The notes under the pieces are model-generated. The model saw only the letters and a program-made list of their open reading frames with translations. It was not told where the DNA came from and did not search any database. Position numbers and translations under genes: made by a program. From contig CBHTTJ010000019.1 of the NCBI GenBank assembly GCA_966095605.1, forward strand, positions 1 to 44,264: a stretch of DNA of 44,264 nucleotides, given 5' to 3'. Below are positions 18,770 to 28,700 of the stretch, one piece after another. Every line of letters begins with the position of its first letter. Position 1 is the stretch's first letter. This DNA is from an uncultured bacterium. Its GTDB lineage: Bacteria > Verrucomicrobiota > Verrucomicrobiia > Limisphaerales > JACDHS01.

Positions 18770-20824
18770 ATGCTTTGGATTGTCAAAAATCTCTGGCTGA
18801 TTCCGGTGCTGCCACTCCTGGCCGCAGGAGTGATTGCGCTTTGCAAGCAGCCGCGTCGACGTCTCGCCGCGACGCTGGCGATCGGCTCGATGGCATTTTC
18901 GTTCCTTCTCTCTTGTTGTGCCTTTGCAGCAACCTTGCACAGCGAAGGTCATGGCCCATTCCGCGAAGTGGTGAATTTCAATTGGTTGCAGTTCGGCACC
19001 GCCACGTTGCAACTCGGCTGGGTGCTCGATCCGTTAACCGCCTGCATGCTGGTGATGGTGACGTTTGTTGGGTCGCTGATTTTTATCTACAGCGTTGGCT
19101 ACATGGCGCATGACGGGAACTTCACCCGTTTCTTCTGTTTCCTGGCTTTGTTCGCTGCGGCAATGCTCGGAATCATTATCGCGAACAACCTCCTCCTGCT
19201 GTTCATGTGCTGGGAGTTGGTCGGGCTCGCGTCGTATCTGCTAATCGGTTTCTGGTATCACAAACCGAGCGCAGCCGCTGCGGCCAAGAAGGCGTTTATC
19301 ACTACGCGGATCGGCGACATCGGATTGTTCCTTGGAATGGTCTGGCTCTATTCCAAAACCGGCACCCTTTCATTCTACGATCACGGCAACGGTTGTTTGG
19401 AAGCAACCACCTTGAGCAACGCTTTCCTGCGCGACGCGAGCGTATTGTCGCTCCTTGGAATTTCGCTCCTGATCTTCTGGGGTGCGATGGGCAAATCCGG
19501 CCAGGTGCCGCTGCACGTTTGGTTACCCGACGCCATGGAAGGCCCGACGCCCGTCAGCGCTTTGATTCACGCCGCAACGATGGTGGCCGCCGGCGTGTTC
19601 CTGGTCGCTCGTGTTTTCCCGTTGATGAAACCAGACTGGCAGGCGTTCGCTGGCCCCAACGCCATGATTTCGCTGGCTCCGCCGGATGCAACGACAGTGA
19701 TTACGTGGGTAGGCGCCATTACCGCTGTATTCGCCGCATTGATCGCTGTTGCGCAAAACGACATCAAACGCATTCTCGCTTACTCGACCGTTTCCCAACT
19801 CGGCTACATGATGATTGGTTTGGGCGTTGGCGGTGTGGCCGTTGGAATGTTTCACCTGATCACTCACGCCTTCTTCAAAGCATTGCTCTTCCTCGGCGCT
19901 GGTTCGGTGATCCACGGCTGCCATGAAGAACAAGACATTCGCCGCATGGGCGGTCTGCGCAAGGCAATGCCACTCACCTTCGCCACCTACGCGGTTGGCA
20001 TGATGGCGCTGTCCGGCGTTCCGTTCCTGTTTTCTGGTTTCTGGAGCAAAGACGAAATTCTTCACTCCGCTTTCCACTGGCCGATTTCCAAAGGACCCTT
20101 TGTTCTCGCAGCCCTCGGCGCTTTACTGACGGCATTCTATATGACGCGGCAGGTTTGCTACGTCTTTTTCGGCTCGAGTCGCAGCGAAGATCACGCGCAT
20201 GAAAGTCCAAAGGTCATGACGATGCCCCTCGTTTTGCTCGCGATTGGAACCATAGCTCTCGGAATTTTCGGCACACCAGCGTGGCCAGCGTTCGAAACTT
20301 ACATTTCCGGCCATCATACCGGGTTCGACTTTTCCAGGTTACTGGCCGGTGAAACGGTCCTGATCATGGCGGTCTCCATTGGTATCGTCGCCGTGGCGAT
20401 CCTGGCGGCGTGGCAACTCTATGGTCGGAAGCCAGCGCAACTCGCAGAAGAACTCGATCCGCTGGAACGGGTCAATCGAAACGTCTTTCGCTGGTTGAGC
20501 AATCGTTTGTATGTCGACGAGCTGTATGAAGCGACGGTGATTCGCTTCAATCGGATTTTCTCGTCGGTCGCCGATCTGTTCGATCGCGCGATTTGGGGTG
20601 GACTCGTTAAAGCCGCTGCTCTTCTTACTCTCGGGGTCGCTCATCTCAATCGAACGATTGACGATCTGTTCATCAATTTTGGTTTCGATGAAAGTTGTCG
20701 AAATGTGCGCCGCTCGTCGGGCTTCCTGTCCAATGTACAAGATGGACAGATCCAAAATTACCTCCGCAGCATTGGCGTCGCGTTAGTCGGACTCGTTCTC
20801 TTACTGATCTGGGGGTGCCGATGA
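18770..20824 (+). CDS. nuoL: NADH-quinone oxidoreductase subunit L (antiporter-like, with a C-terminal long helix region).
   Basis: ~684 aa from ATG 18770, immediately after the nuoK stop. The ORF frame is open from 18707. Mrp/NuoL-family TM core plus a C-terminal extension. Confidence 0.85.
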   Translation: MLWIVKNLWLIPVLPLLAAGVIALCKQPRRRLAATLAIGSMAFSFLLSCCAFAATLHSEGHGPFREVVNFNWLQFGTATLQLGWVLDPLTACMLVMVTFVGSLIFIYSVGYMAHDGNFTRFFCFLALFAAAMLGIIIANNLLLLFMCWELVGLASYLLIGFWYHKPSAAAAAKKAFITTRIGDIGLFLGMVWLYSKTGTLSFYDHGNGCLEATTLSNAFLRDASVLSLLGISLLIFWGAMGKSGQVPLHVWLPDAMEGPTPVSALIHAATMVAAGVFLVARVFPLMKPDWQAFAGPNAMISLAPPDATTVITWVGAITAVFAALIAVAQNDIKRILAYSTVSQLGYMMIGLGVGGVAVGMFHLITHAFFKALLFLGAGSVIHGCHEEQDIRRMGGLRKAMPLTFATYAVGMMALSGVPFLFSGFWSKDEILHSAFHWPISKGPFVLAALGALLTAFYMTRQVCYVFFGSSRSEDHAHESPKVMTMPLVLLAIGTIALGIFGTPAWPAFETYISGHHTGFDFSRLLAGETVLIMAVSIGIVAVAILAAWQLYGRKPAQLAEELDPLERVNRNVFRWLSNRLYVDELYEATVIRFNRIFSSVADLFDRAIWGGLVKAAALLTLGVAHLNRTIDDLFINFGFDESCRNVRRSSGFLSNVQDGQIQNYLRSIGVALVGLVLLLIWGCR

Positions 20825-22368
20825 ACAACTCCATTCTCCTCAGCCTTTTAACATTCCTGCCACTGATCGGCGCCGTGATCCTTTTTGCGATCGATGGGAA
20901 GGATGCAAAAAATGTGCGTCGCCTGGCATTGGTTTTCAGTTTGCTACCACTGCTGTGTGTCGGGTTGATCTGGAAACAATTTGATATCTCGGTTCAGGGT
21001 TTGCAGTTAGTGGAGCGGCACGAATGGATTCCATCGTTGGGCGTAGAATATTTCCTCGGCATCGATGGTCTTGGATTCCTGATGTTGCTGCTTTCGGCCC
21101 TTGTGGTTCCATTCGCTTTAACCGCCACTCCACGCGACGTCGCCAACTCTCGTCTTTATTCGGCGTTGTTCCTGTTCCTGCAGGCCGGGTTGTTCGGAAC
21201 CTTCACTGCGTTGAATTTCTTCCACTGGTTTATTTTCTGGGAGCTGAGTCTTATCCCGGCTTTCTTCCTGATTAAATTGTGGGGTGGGCCTGAACGCACG
21301 CGTACCGCTTATCAATTCTTTGTCTACACCATGGTTGGCAGCGTCACGTTGCTATTGGCCTTTCTCGCGATCTTCGCGGCGACCGGCACGCTGGATTTTA
21401 TTAAACTATCTGAGCTGGCCCACTCCGATGGATTAACCTCCGCGTTCACCGCGAAATTAACCTGGGCGAAACTGACGCCGAGCGGACTGACGATGCTGAT
21501 CTTCATTGGCGCGTTACTTGGCTTCGCTGTTAAAGTTCCGTTAATCCCTTTCCATACCTGGTTGCCCGCCGCATATACCGAAGCCCCCAGCAGCACGTCG
21601 ATGGTGCTGACCGGTGTGATGTCGAAGATGGGCGTTTACGGGTTTCTTCGCATCCTGCTCCCGATCTTTCCTGAACAAATGCGAGTCGCCTTGACTCCGC
21701 TGCTCTGGTTGGCCGTCGCGACGATAATCTTTTCCGCCTACGCCGCATTTGCGCAAAAAGATCTCAAGCGCATGGTGGCCTATTCATCGATCAACCACCT
21801 TGGTTACTGTCTGCTCGGATTGTTCGCCGCCGCAAAGTTCACCTCCGGCGATTTGTTCAACGAAAAAGCCGCCGCGCTCAACGGCGTCATCCTGCAAATG
21901 TTCAATCACGGAATCACCGCCTCCGCACTGTTTTGTTTCGTCGGTTTCATCGAACAACGCAGCGGCGGCTTGCGTGGCCTCGAAGATTTTGGCGGTCTGC
22001 GGAAACTGGCGCCGGTTTTCTGCGGATTGATGGGCATAACGGTTTTCTCCTCGCTCGGACTACCGGGATTGAATGGATTCGTCGGCGAGTTCCTGATTTT
22101 CAAAGGCGCCTTCTCACTGACCGCGTGGGCGGCCTGCATTGCCGCAGTCGGACTCCTGATCACCGCCCTCTTTTTACTGACGATCCTGCAACGCGTCTTC
22201 ACCGGTCCGGTGAAACCAAAGTGGAGCAACTGGAAAGATTTAACGACCGCAGAACGTTTAACCGTGCTGCCGATGATCGCGATCATGTTTGTCGTGGGAA
22301 TCTTCCCGCAAACGTTGGTCGCTGTCATCAACCCGACGGTGATGCAAATCGTTCAACACCTGAAATAA
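20821..22368 (+). CDS. nuoM: NADH-quinone oxidoreductase subunit M-like (NuoM/NdhD family), divergent copy 1.
   Basis: ATG 20821 overlaps the nuoL TGA. WIPSLGVEYFLGIDGL and FFHWFIFWELSLIPAFFLI motifs typical of NuoM/NdhD. Confidence 0.8.
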   Translation: MNNSILLSLLTFLPLIGAVILFAIDGKDAKNVRRLALVFSLLPLLCVGLIWKQFDISVQGLQLVERHEWIPSLGVEYFLGIDGLGFLMLLLSALVVPFALTATPRDVANSRLYSALFLFLQAGLFGTFTALNFFHWFIFWELSLIPAFFLIKLWGGPERTRTAYQFFVYTMVGSVTLLLAFLAIFAATGTLDFIKLSELAHSDGLTSAFTAKLTWAKLTPSGLTMLIFIGALLGFAVKVPLIPFHTWLPAAYTEAPSSTSMVLTGVMSKMGVYGFLRILLPIFPEQMRVALTPLLWLAVATIIFSAYAAFAQKDLKRMVAYSSINHLGYCLLGLFAAAKFTSGDLFNEKAAALNGVILQMFNHGITASALFCFVGFIEQRSGGLRGLEDFGGLRKLAPVFCGLMGITVFSSLGLPGLNGFVGEFLIFKGAFSLTAWAACIAAVGLLITALFLLTILQRVFTGPVKPKWSNWKDLTTAERLTVLPMIAIMFVVGIFPQTLVAVINPTVMQIVQHLK

Positions 22369-22369
22369 T

Positions 22370-23857
22370 ATGCTCGCGTGGACCGTTTACATTTCGTTTC
22401 TCGGGGCGGCGCTGGTCATGATGCTGCCGGCGGGGAATCTTCGCGTCATCCGGGCGACCGCGATGCTCAGTGCGGTGATCGGATTGATTCTGGGTTTCTC
22501 GGGCATCACGCAACATCACGCGGGCGACCTGACCACCGTGACGAAGCTGAACTGGATTCCACAATTGGGAGTCAGCTATCACTTCGCGGCTGATGGCATC
22601 AGTCTGACACTGGTTTTACTAACAGGCATTGCCGCCGTCTGTGGAATCCTCTTCTCCTGGAACATCGAACATCGTGCCAAGGAATTCTTTGCGTTTTATC
22701 TCACGCTCATCGGCGGTGTTTACGGAGTGTTTCTGAGCTTCGACTTGTTCCTGCTCTTCGTTTTCTACGAAATCGCGATCGTGCCGAAATATTTCCTGAT
22801 CGCGATCTGGGGTTCAACGCGTCGCGAGTATGGGGCCATGAAACTGGCGCTCTACTCTTTTGTCGGAAGTGCGATGGTGTTGGTCGGAATCATCGCCGCT
22901 TACATTGTCGCCGGAGCAAAAACCTTCGATTTGATCGAGCTCGCCAAATATCCATTTCCGGCGCACTTCCAATATTGGGCGTTCCCGCTCGTATTCATTG
23001 GCTTCGCCATTCTCGCCGGATTGTGGCCGTTTCATACGTGGGCACCAACCGGTCACGTCGCCGCCCCAACAGCGGCTTCGATGCTACTCGCGGGTGTGGT
23101 GATGAAACTCGGTGCTTACGGAGCATTGCGCGTTGCCATGACGCTATTTCCCGAAGGACTTGCCGCCTGGCGCGATGTCATTGCGCTCCTTGCGGTCATT
23201 GGGATTGTTTACGGTGCAACCGTCGCCCTGGTGCAACGCGACTTTAAATTTGTCATCGGTTACTCCAGCGTCAGTCACATGGGATTTGTGCTCCTGGGAC
23301 TAATGACTCTTTCCCAAATCGGTTTGAGCGGCGCGGTGCTGCAAATGTTTTCGCATGGCATCATCGCTGGACTGCTCTTTGCGGTCGTCGGGCGAATGGT
23401 TTACGAACGCGCTCACACCCGCGAACTCGCAGTGCTACAGGGAATGAATCTCAGCAAAGCGATCCCATTCGCCGCCGTGACATTTGTCATCGCCAGCGTG
23501 GCATCAATGGGGCTGCCAGGCTTTAGCGGCTTTGTTGCTGAGCTCCAGGTCCTGATCGGCGCGTGGCAGACGTTCCCGGGTTTCGCGCTCTTGGCCGGCC
23601 TGGGAATCCTGATCGGCGTTGCCTATACCTTGCGCGCCGTGGTGAAAGGTTTCTTTGCGGAACGCGAAGTGGTGGGCGCTCACGAACATCATGCTGAACC
23701 GTTGCCGCCTATCTCTGTTCCCGAACGCATTGGCGCGGCCATCCTGATTACCGCCACAATCGTCATCGGCATCTTCCCTCGTCTTTTGTTGGATGTCATC
23801 ACGCCGAGCTTGAATTCCGAGCTGATGCAAGGTTTGTGGAAAGGAGTGGTGCGATGA
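22370..23857 (+). CDS. nuoM: NADH-quinone oxidoreductase subunit M, copy 2 (the more canonical one).
   Basis: WIPQLGVSYHFAADGISL...FYEIAIVPKYFLIAIWGS motifs. It starts 2 bp after the copy-1 stop. Confidence 0.85.
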   Translation: MLAWTVYISFLGAALVMMLPAGNLRVIRATAMLSAVIGLILGFSGITQHHAGDLTTVTKLNWIPQLGVSYHFAADGISLTLVLLTGIAAVCGILFSWNIEHRAKEFFAFYLTLIGGVYGVFLSFDLFLLFVFYEIAIVPKYFLIAIWGSTRREYGAMKLALYSFVGSAMVLVGIIAAYIVAGAKTFDLIELAKYPFPAHFQYWAFPLVFIGFAILAGLWPFHTWAPTGHVAAPTAASMLLAGVVMKLGAYGALRVAMTLFPEGLAAWRDVIALLAVIGIVYGATVALVQRDFKFVIGYSSVSHMGFVLLGLMTLSQIGLSGAVLQMFSHGIIAGLLFAVVGRMVYERAHTRELAVLQGMNLSKAIPFAAVTFVIASVASMGLPGFSGFVAELQVLIGAWQTFPGFALLAGLGILIGVAYTLRAVVKGFFAEREVVGAHEHHAEPLPPISVPERIGAAILITATIVIGIFPRLLLDVITPSLNSELMQGLWKGVVR

Positions 23858-25335
23858 ACTTCGATTACGCCCAGATCTTCGCGAGTGTTTTTCCGGAGAC
23901 GATCGTCGTCATCACGGCTTTCCTCGTGCTGCTGCTCGACTTCGCCGCGCTGCGCGAACTATCTCCAAAGGTTCGCACCTCGTTGTTGGCTGGCTTCTCC
24001 ACTGCTGGATGTCTGTTTGCGATCGTGTGGTTGGGAATGCATCACTCGAAAGTTCAGCTCAGCGACGCGCTCTTCGTCGTCAACCCGCTCGCACAATTGG
24101 TGAAGCAGATCATTCTCGCGCTGACGATCTTCACCGCGTTCATTTCCGTTCAATCCAATTTCACCAAACATCTCGGCGAATACTTTATTCTCCTGCTCCT
24201 CGCCACCGCGGGAATGATGTTCCTTGTCAGCGCGGAAAATGTTCTGGGCATCTTTGTCGCCCTGGAACTGATCAGCCTGTCCCTTTACGTCCTCACGGCC
24301 TTCAAGAAAGAGAGCGTTTTCTCAGCAGAAGGTGCGTTGAAGTATTTCCTCTTCGGCGGAATGTCCGCGGCATTTACGTTGTTTGGATTAAGTCTTCTCT
24401 ATGGAGTGACCGGCGAACTGAACCTGAGCCAGATCGCAGTGAAGCTGGCGGGAAAAACAAGCGATCCGCTCTTTTATGTCGCGCTCGTGATGACCGTGGT
24501 CGGCTTTGGTTTCAAAGTCGCCGCGGCTCCATTCCATGCGTGGGCACCCGATGCGTATCAAGGTTCTCCGACGCCCGTCACCTCGTTCATCGCCGCTGGT
24601 TCCAAAGTCGCCAGCTTCTTCATCCTCGGCAAAATCATGTTGGTTGGGTTCGCGGGTGCCGAAGGCAGTGCGGCCTGGTTGCACTACGTTTCCGGATGGA
24701 CACCCACACTTGCCATTATCGCAGCACTATCCGTGGTCATCGGCAATCTCGCCGCGATTTCACAAAAGAGCGTGAAACGTCTGCTCGCCTATTCCGCCGT
24801 CGCACACGCGGGCTACGCTTTGCTGGGAATCCTGACCAACAATCAGCAGGGATTTGCTTCATTGATTTATTACGTGGCGACGTATGGACTGACGACGATC
24901 GGAGCACTCGGGGTCGTAGCGGCCGTTGAACATTCGGTCGGTGAAAACCTTTCCGACTTCGCGGGATTGAGTCGGCGTGCGCCCGTGCTTTCTCTTTGCA
25001 TGATGATTTTCATGCTTTCGCTTGCTGGCATTCCTCCCCTCGCAGGATTCTTCGGCAAGTTTTACGTCTTCACTTCAGCGGTGCAACTGGGAGCCAGCAA
25101 TCTTGGACTGCTCTGGCTGGTGATCCTCGCCATCGCCATGAGCGCAGTCTCACTTTATTACTACCTGCAAGTCCTCAAGCAGATTTACGTGGTGGAATCA
25201 TCCGACAAATCGCCGGTTCCCGTCGCGATGCCGACCCAAGTCGTTATCGTCTCGCTGGCAATCGCCGTCATTCTCCTTGGATGTTTGCCCAACCTCCTCG
25301 TCGGCCGAATTCTGGCAGCGCTGGCGATCGGTTAA
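23854..25335 (+). CDS. nuoN: NADH-quinone oxidoreductase subunit N.
   Basis: ATG 23854 has an aaggag SD and an ATGA overlap with the upstream stop. NuoN-like LVSAENVLGIFVALELISLSLY motif. Confidence 0.85.
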   Translation: MNFDYAQIFASVFPETIVVITAFLVLLLDFAALRELSPKVRTSLLAGFSTAGCLFAIVWLGMHHSKVQLSDALFVVNPLAQLVKQIILALTIFTAFISVQSNFTKHLGEYFILLLLATAGMMFLVSAENVLGIFVALELISLSLYVLTAFKKESVFSAEGALKYFLFGGMSAAFTLFGLSLLYGVTGELNLSQIAVKLAGKTSDPLFYVALVMTVVGFGFKVAAAPFHAWAPDAYQGSPTPVTSFIAAGSKVASFFILGKIMLVGFAGAEGSAAWLHYVSGWTPTLAIIAALSVVIGNLAAISQKSVKRLLAYSAVAHAGYALLGILTNNQQGFASLIYYVATYGLTTIGALGVVAAVEHSVGENLSDFAGLSRRAPVLSLCMMIFMLSLAGIPPLAGFFGKFYVFTSAVQLGASNLGLLWLVILAIAMSAVSLYYYLQVLKQIYVVESSDKSPVPVAMPTQVVIVSLAIAVILLGCLPNLLVGRILAALAIG

Positions 25336-25538
25336 AAAGAAAAAGCCATCGGTCCAATTAACGTCACTTTCACGTCGGTGACTTGTTCCGGTGATTGATT
25401 CGCGCCGAGGTCATTGAAGCCAAACTTCATCCAACGCTGATCCAGCGGATCCAGTTGCATACACAATTCCCGGTAAACATCCGTATTCGTTTTGCGAAGA
25501 AGGTCGAACTTCGTCAGTGGCAACGAACCACTGGGCAT
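25332..25538 (-). pseudogene. Truncated paralog (68 codons) of the FN3-domain gene at 1-902. It corresponds only to that protein's residues ~175-225 and stops where the FN3 domain would begin.
   Basis: Translation ...YRELCMQLDPLDQRWMKFGFNDLGANQSPEQVTDVKVTLIGP aligns with ...VDELSQLMDPLDPRWLEFGLNMPGADETPDQVTNVTVTLIGP of the 1-902 ORF. It overlaps the nuoN stop. A ggagg sits ~13 nt upstream, so it might still be expressed as a small protein. Confidence 0.45.
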
Positions 25539-25745
25539 CCAAACGAATAACCTCCAACCTTTACATTAAAAGTTTTACTGATAGAAACGATCGGCTTTTT
25601 CAATTTTGCACTGTCGCCCCAACGACGGCTTCTTATCCCCAGGCAGTGCAGGGAGTTGATTGAACCTGGGCAGCCACGGCTGGCCATGCGCGTTTCGGAG
25701 TGATAGTCGCTCTGTCGTGCCTCAAATCGGAAAATCACAAGCTAT

Positions 25746-28700
25746 ATGAAAAACATTGGGAGGGTGACCTATGTCCTGTTCACCGTCGTCGCATGCGCAC
25801 TGTTCCCTTCAATTGCCCACGCGCAACTCACCACCGGAAGCGCACTCCGGTTTAATGGCAACAACTCAAAAGTGATCGTCAACAACGCGCCGGATCTTTC
25901 CAACAAATCGTTCACCATCGAATTCTGGGCCCGCCGGTTCAGTGGAAATCGATCGGATTATTTTGTGACCCAGGGAACCACCCTCGCCGACAATAATTAT
26001 CTGCATATCGGTTTCCGTTCCGAAAACACGTTCACCTTTGCTTTTTGGAACAACGACCTCAATACGGGGGCGGACATGGATCAGGGCTGGCATCACTGGG
26101 CTTGTACGTTTAATAGCGCCAATCGGAACCGAATCATTTATCGCGATGGCCAGATCGTCGGCAATGACACGGCCACGGTCAACTTTCAGGGCACTGGAAC
26201 GATGGCATTGGGTGGCGGAGCCGGACCTCTGGACGGTGCCGTCGCCGGGATGATGGATGATGTTCGCGTCTGGAACGTCGTAAGGACCCAGTCGGAAATT
26301 CAGACCAATATGAGCATCGCGCTGACTGGAAGTGAAAGCGGCCTGCTTAGTTACTGGAAATTCGACGAAGGGAGCGGCACCACGGTGAATGATTCCGCGG
26401 GCGGCGATAACACCGGCACGTTCCTGAACAGTCCAACGTGGGGAACGACCGCGATGAATTACGGCATCGCCTTCGACGGCAGCAACGATTACGTCAGTGT
26501 CGCGAATGAATCGTCCTTTGATTTTACCAATGCTTGCACCATCGAGGCGTGGATCAAAGTCGATGCGTTCACCGTCGATTGGCAGTCGATTGTGACCAAA
26601 GGCGACACCTCATGGCGTTTGCATCGGGATGCCGGCAACAATGGCGTCGCTTTCGGCACAACCGGTCTCAGCAACCAGGACCTGTCGGGCACGCGCAATG
26701 TTAATGACGGGCGATGGCATCATGTCGCGGGTGTGTACGACGGCAGCACGAAATACCTTTACGTCGACGGCATGCTCGATGTGTCACTCCCCGCCACAGG
26801 AACCATTGCCAACAACAACATGCTCGTGAACATCGGAGCGAACAGTGAGGTGGCCGGTCGTAACTGGAATGGAGCGATCGATGAAGTGCGTGTCTGGAAC
26901 ATTGCGCGGAGCGCCAGCCAGATTTCCCAGAACATGTATACATTTTTGGCCGGCACCGAATCCGGTTTGATTGGTTATTGGCGCTTCAGCGAAGGCGGCG
27001 GCACGATTGCTTTTGATTCCGCTGTCGCCGGAGGCAATAACGACGGAACGTTGATGGATGGGGCGACAGAGGGGAATGGACCGACCTGGCCGTTTTCGTC
27101 CTTCGTGGTGAAAAACTACAACGACAGCGGTGCAGGTTCGTTGCGACAAGCCATTCTGGACATCAACTCGGCGGGCAGCGGGATCGTCGATGCACAAAGT
27201 CTTTCTGGAACGATCAACCTTTCCAGTTCACTGCCGATGATCACCGGCAGCATGACGTTTCTTGGTTCGACGAATCTGACGGTGAGTGGCAACAACCTCT
27301 ACCGTGTTTTTTCGGTGAACTCGTATCCGCGTAGTTTGCTCTTCAGCAAGTTGGTCATCGCGAACGGAAAAGCCCAGGGCGGCAGCGCTTCGCTCGGTGG
27401 AGGCGGTGGGGGCGCGGGACTCGGCGGAGGTGTGTTCATCAATTCTGGAAACGTCGTGCTGAGTGACGTTCGTTTTTCCGGTAACAGTGCGATCGGTGGT
27501 AACGGTGGGAGCAAGGGACCTACCGGCAGCGCTTCCAGCGGCGGTGGCGGCATGGGCGGCAATAGCGCTACTGGTGACACCATTAACGGTGGCGGTGGAG
27601 GCGGACTGACCGGAGCGGCCACAGTCGGAGCGGGCGGAGGTCCATCCGGTGGAGCGGCCGGCGTTTCTCCAACCAATAACGGTGGCGATGGCGATGCGAG
27701 TGTCGGCGGCGGCGGTGGTGGTGGCCGTTCTCCCAGTGGCAATGGCGGCGCGGGCGGATTAGGCGGTGGTGGTGGTGGCGCCGGAGGTGATAGCGGTTTT
27801 AGTGGTTCAATCGGTGGCAGAGGAGGAAACGGAGGATTCGGTGGCGGTGGTGGCGGCTCGGGGATTTCCGATTTCACGTTGCAGGGCCGCCGTGGTGGTA
27901 ACGGTGGCTTCGGTGGTGGAGCGGGAGGTAACACCGGGAACCTTTCTGAAACTGGTGCCTTGCCCGGATTCGGCGGCGGCGGCAGTACGACGGGTCCACA
28001 AGCCAATGACCGTGGCGCGGGAGGTGGCGGCGCTGGCCTCGGTGCAAATATTTTTGTTCGCTCCGATAATAATGCTTCGCTGACGCTGATTGATTGCACG
28101 ATCGCCGCAGGGTCAGTCGCCGGTGGAACTGGCGGCACGGGCGCTAGTGGCGGGATGGGGGCTGGCACCAGTTTCTTTACGATTAACGGGAATACCGATA
28201 TCACGGTCAACTCCGGCCGAACAGAAACCATTGCGGGAACGATTGCGGCGACGAATACGACGGGTTTAAACAAGTATGGAAGTGGCACCCTGGTTCTCGC
28301 TTCGACGGCGGTGGTGCCAGGAACGATTACTGTCAACGCCGGGACCTTGCAGGCGGATGGAAACATTACCAGTAACTTTGTGCTCAACGCGGGAACGACG
28401 GTGTCTGGATCAGGAACTGTGGCGACGCTTAACATCGGCGCATCGACCACCGTTTCTCCCGGCAATGGCATCGGCACTTTGAATGCCACGAATTCGACCT
28501 GGAGCGGCGCGGGTAATTACAACTGGCAACTCTACAATGCCTCCGGAACGGCGGGTAATGGTTGGGATTTACTCTTCGTCAACGGCAACTTGAATCTCTC
28601 CTCCGCCAGTGCGTTCAAGATCAATCTCTGGACACTCGCTGCTCCGGGAATAAATGGGGTGTCGCCGCTGTTCGACGCAAATTCCGATTACAGCTGGCCC

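Noticed and set aside
27299-28489. 396-aa proline-rich ORF on the minus strand inside the giant gene.
   Set aside because: It is the antisense reading of the (GGN)n glycine-rich coding tract of the plus-strand gene. It is extremely low-complexity and has no start context.
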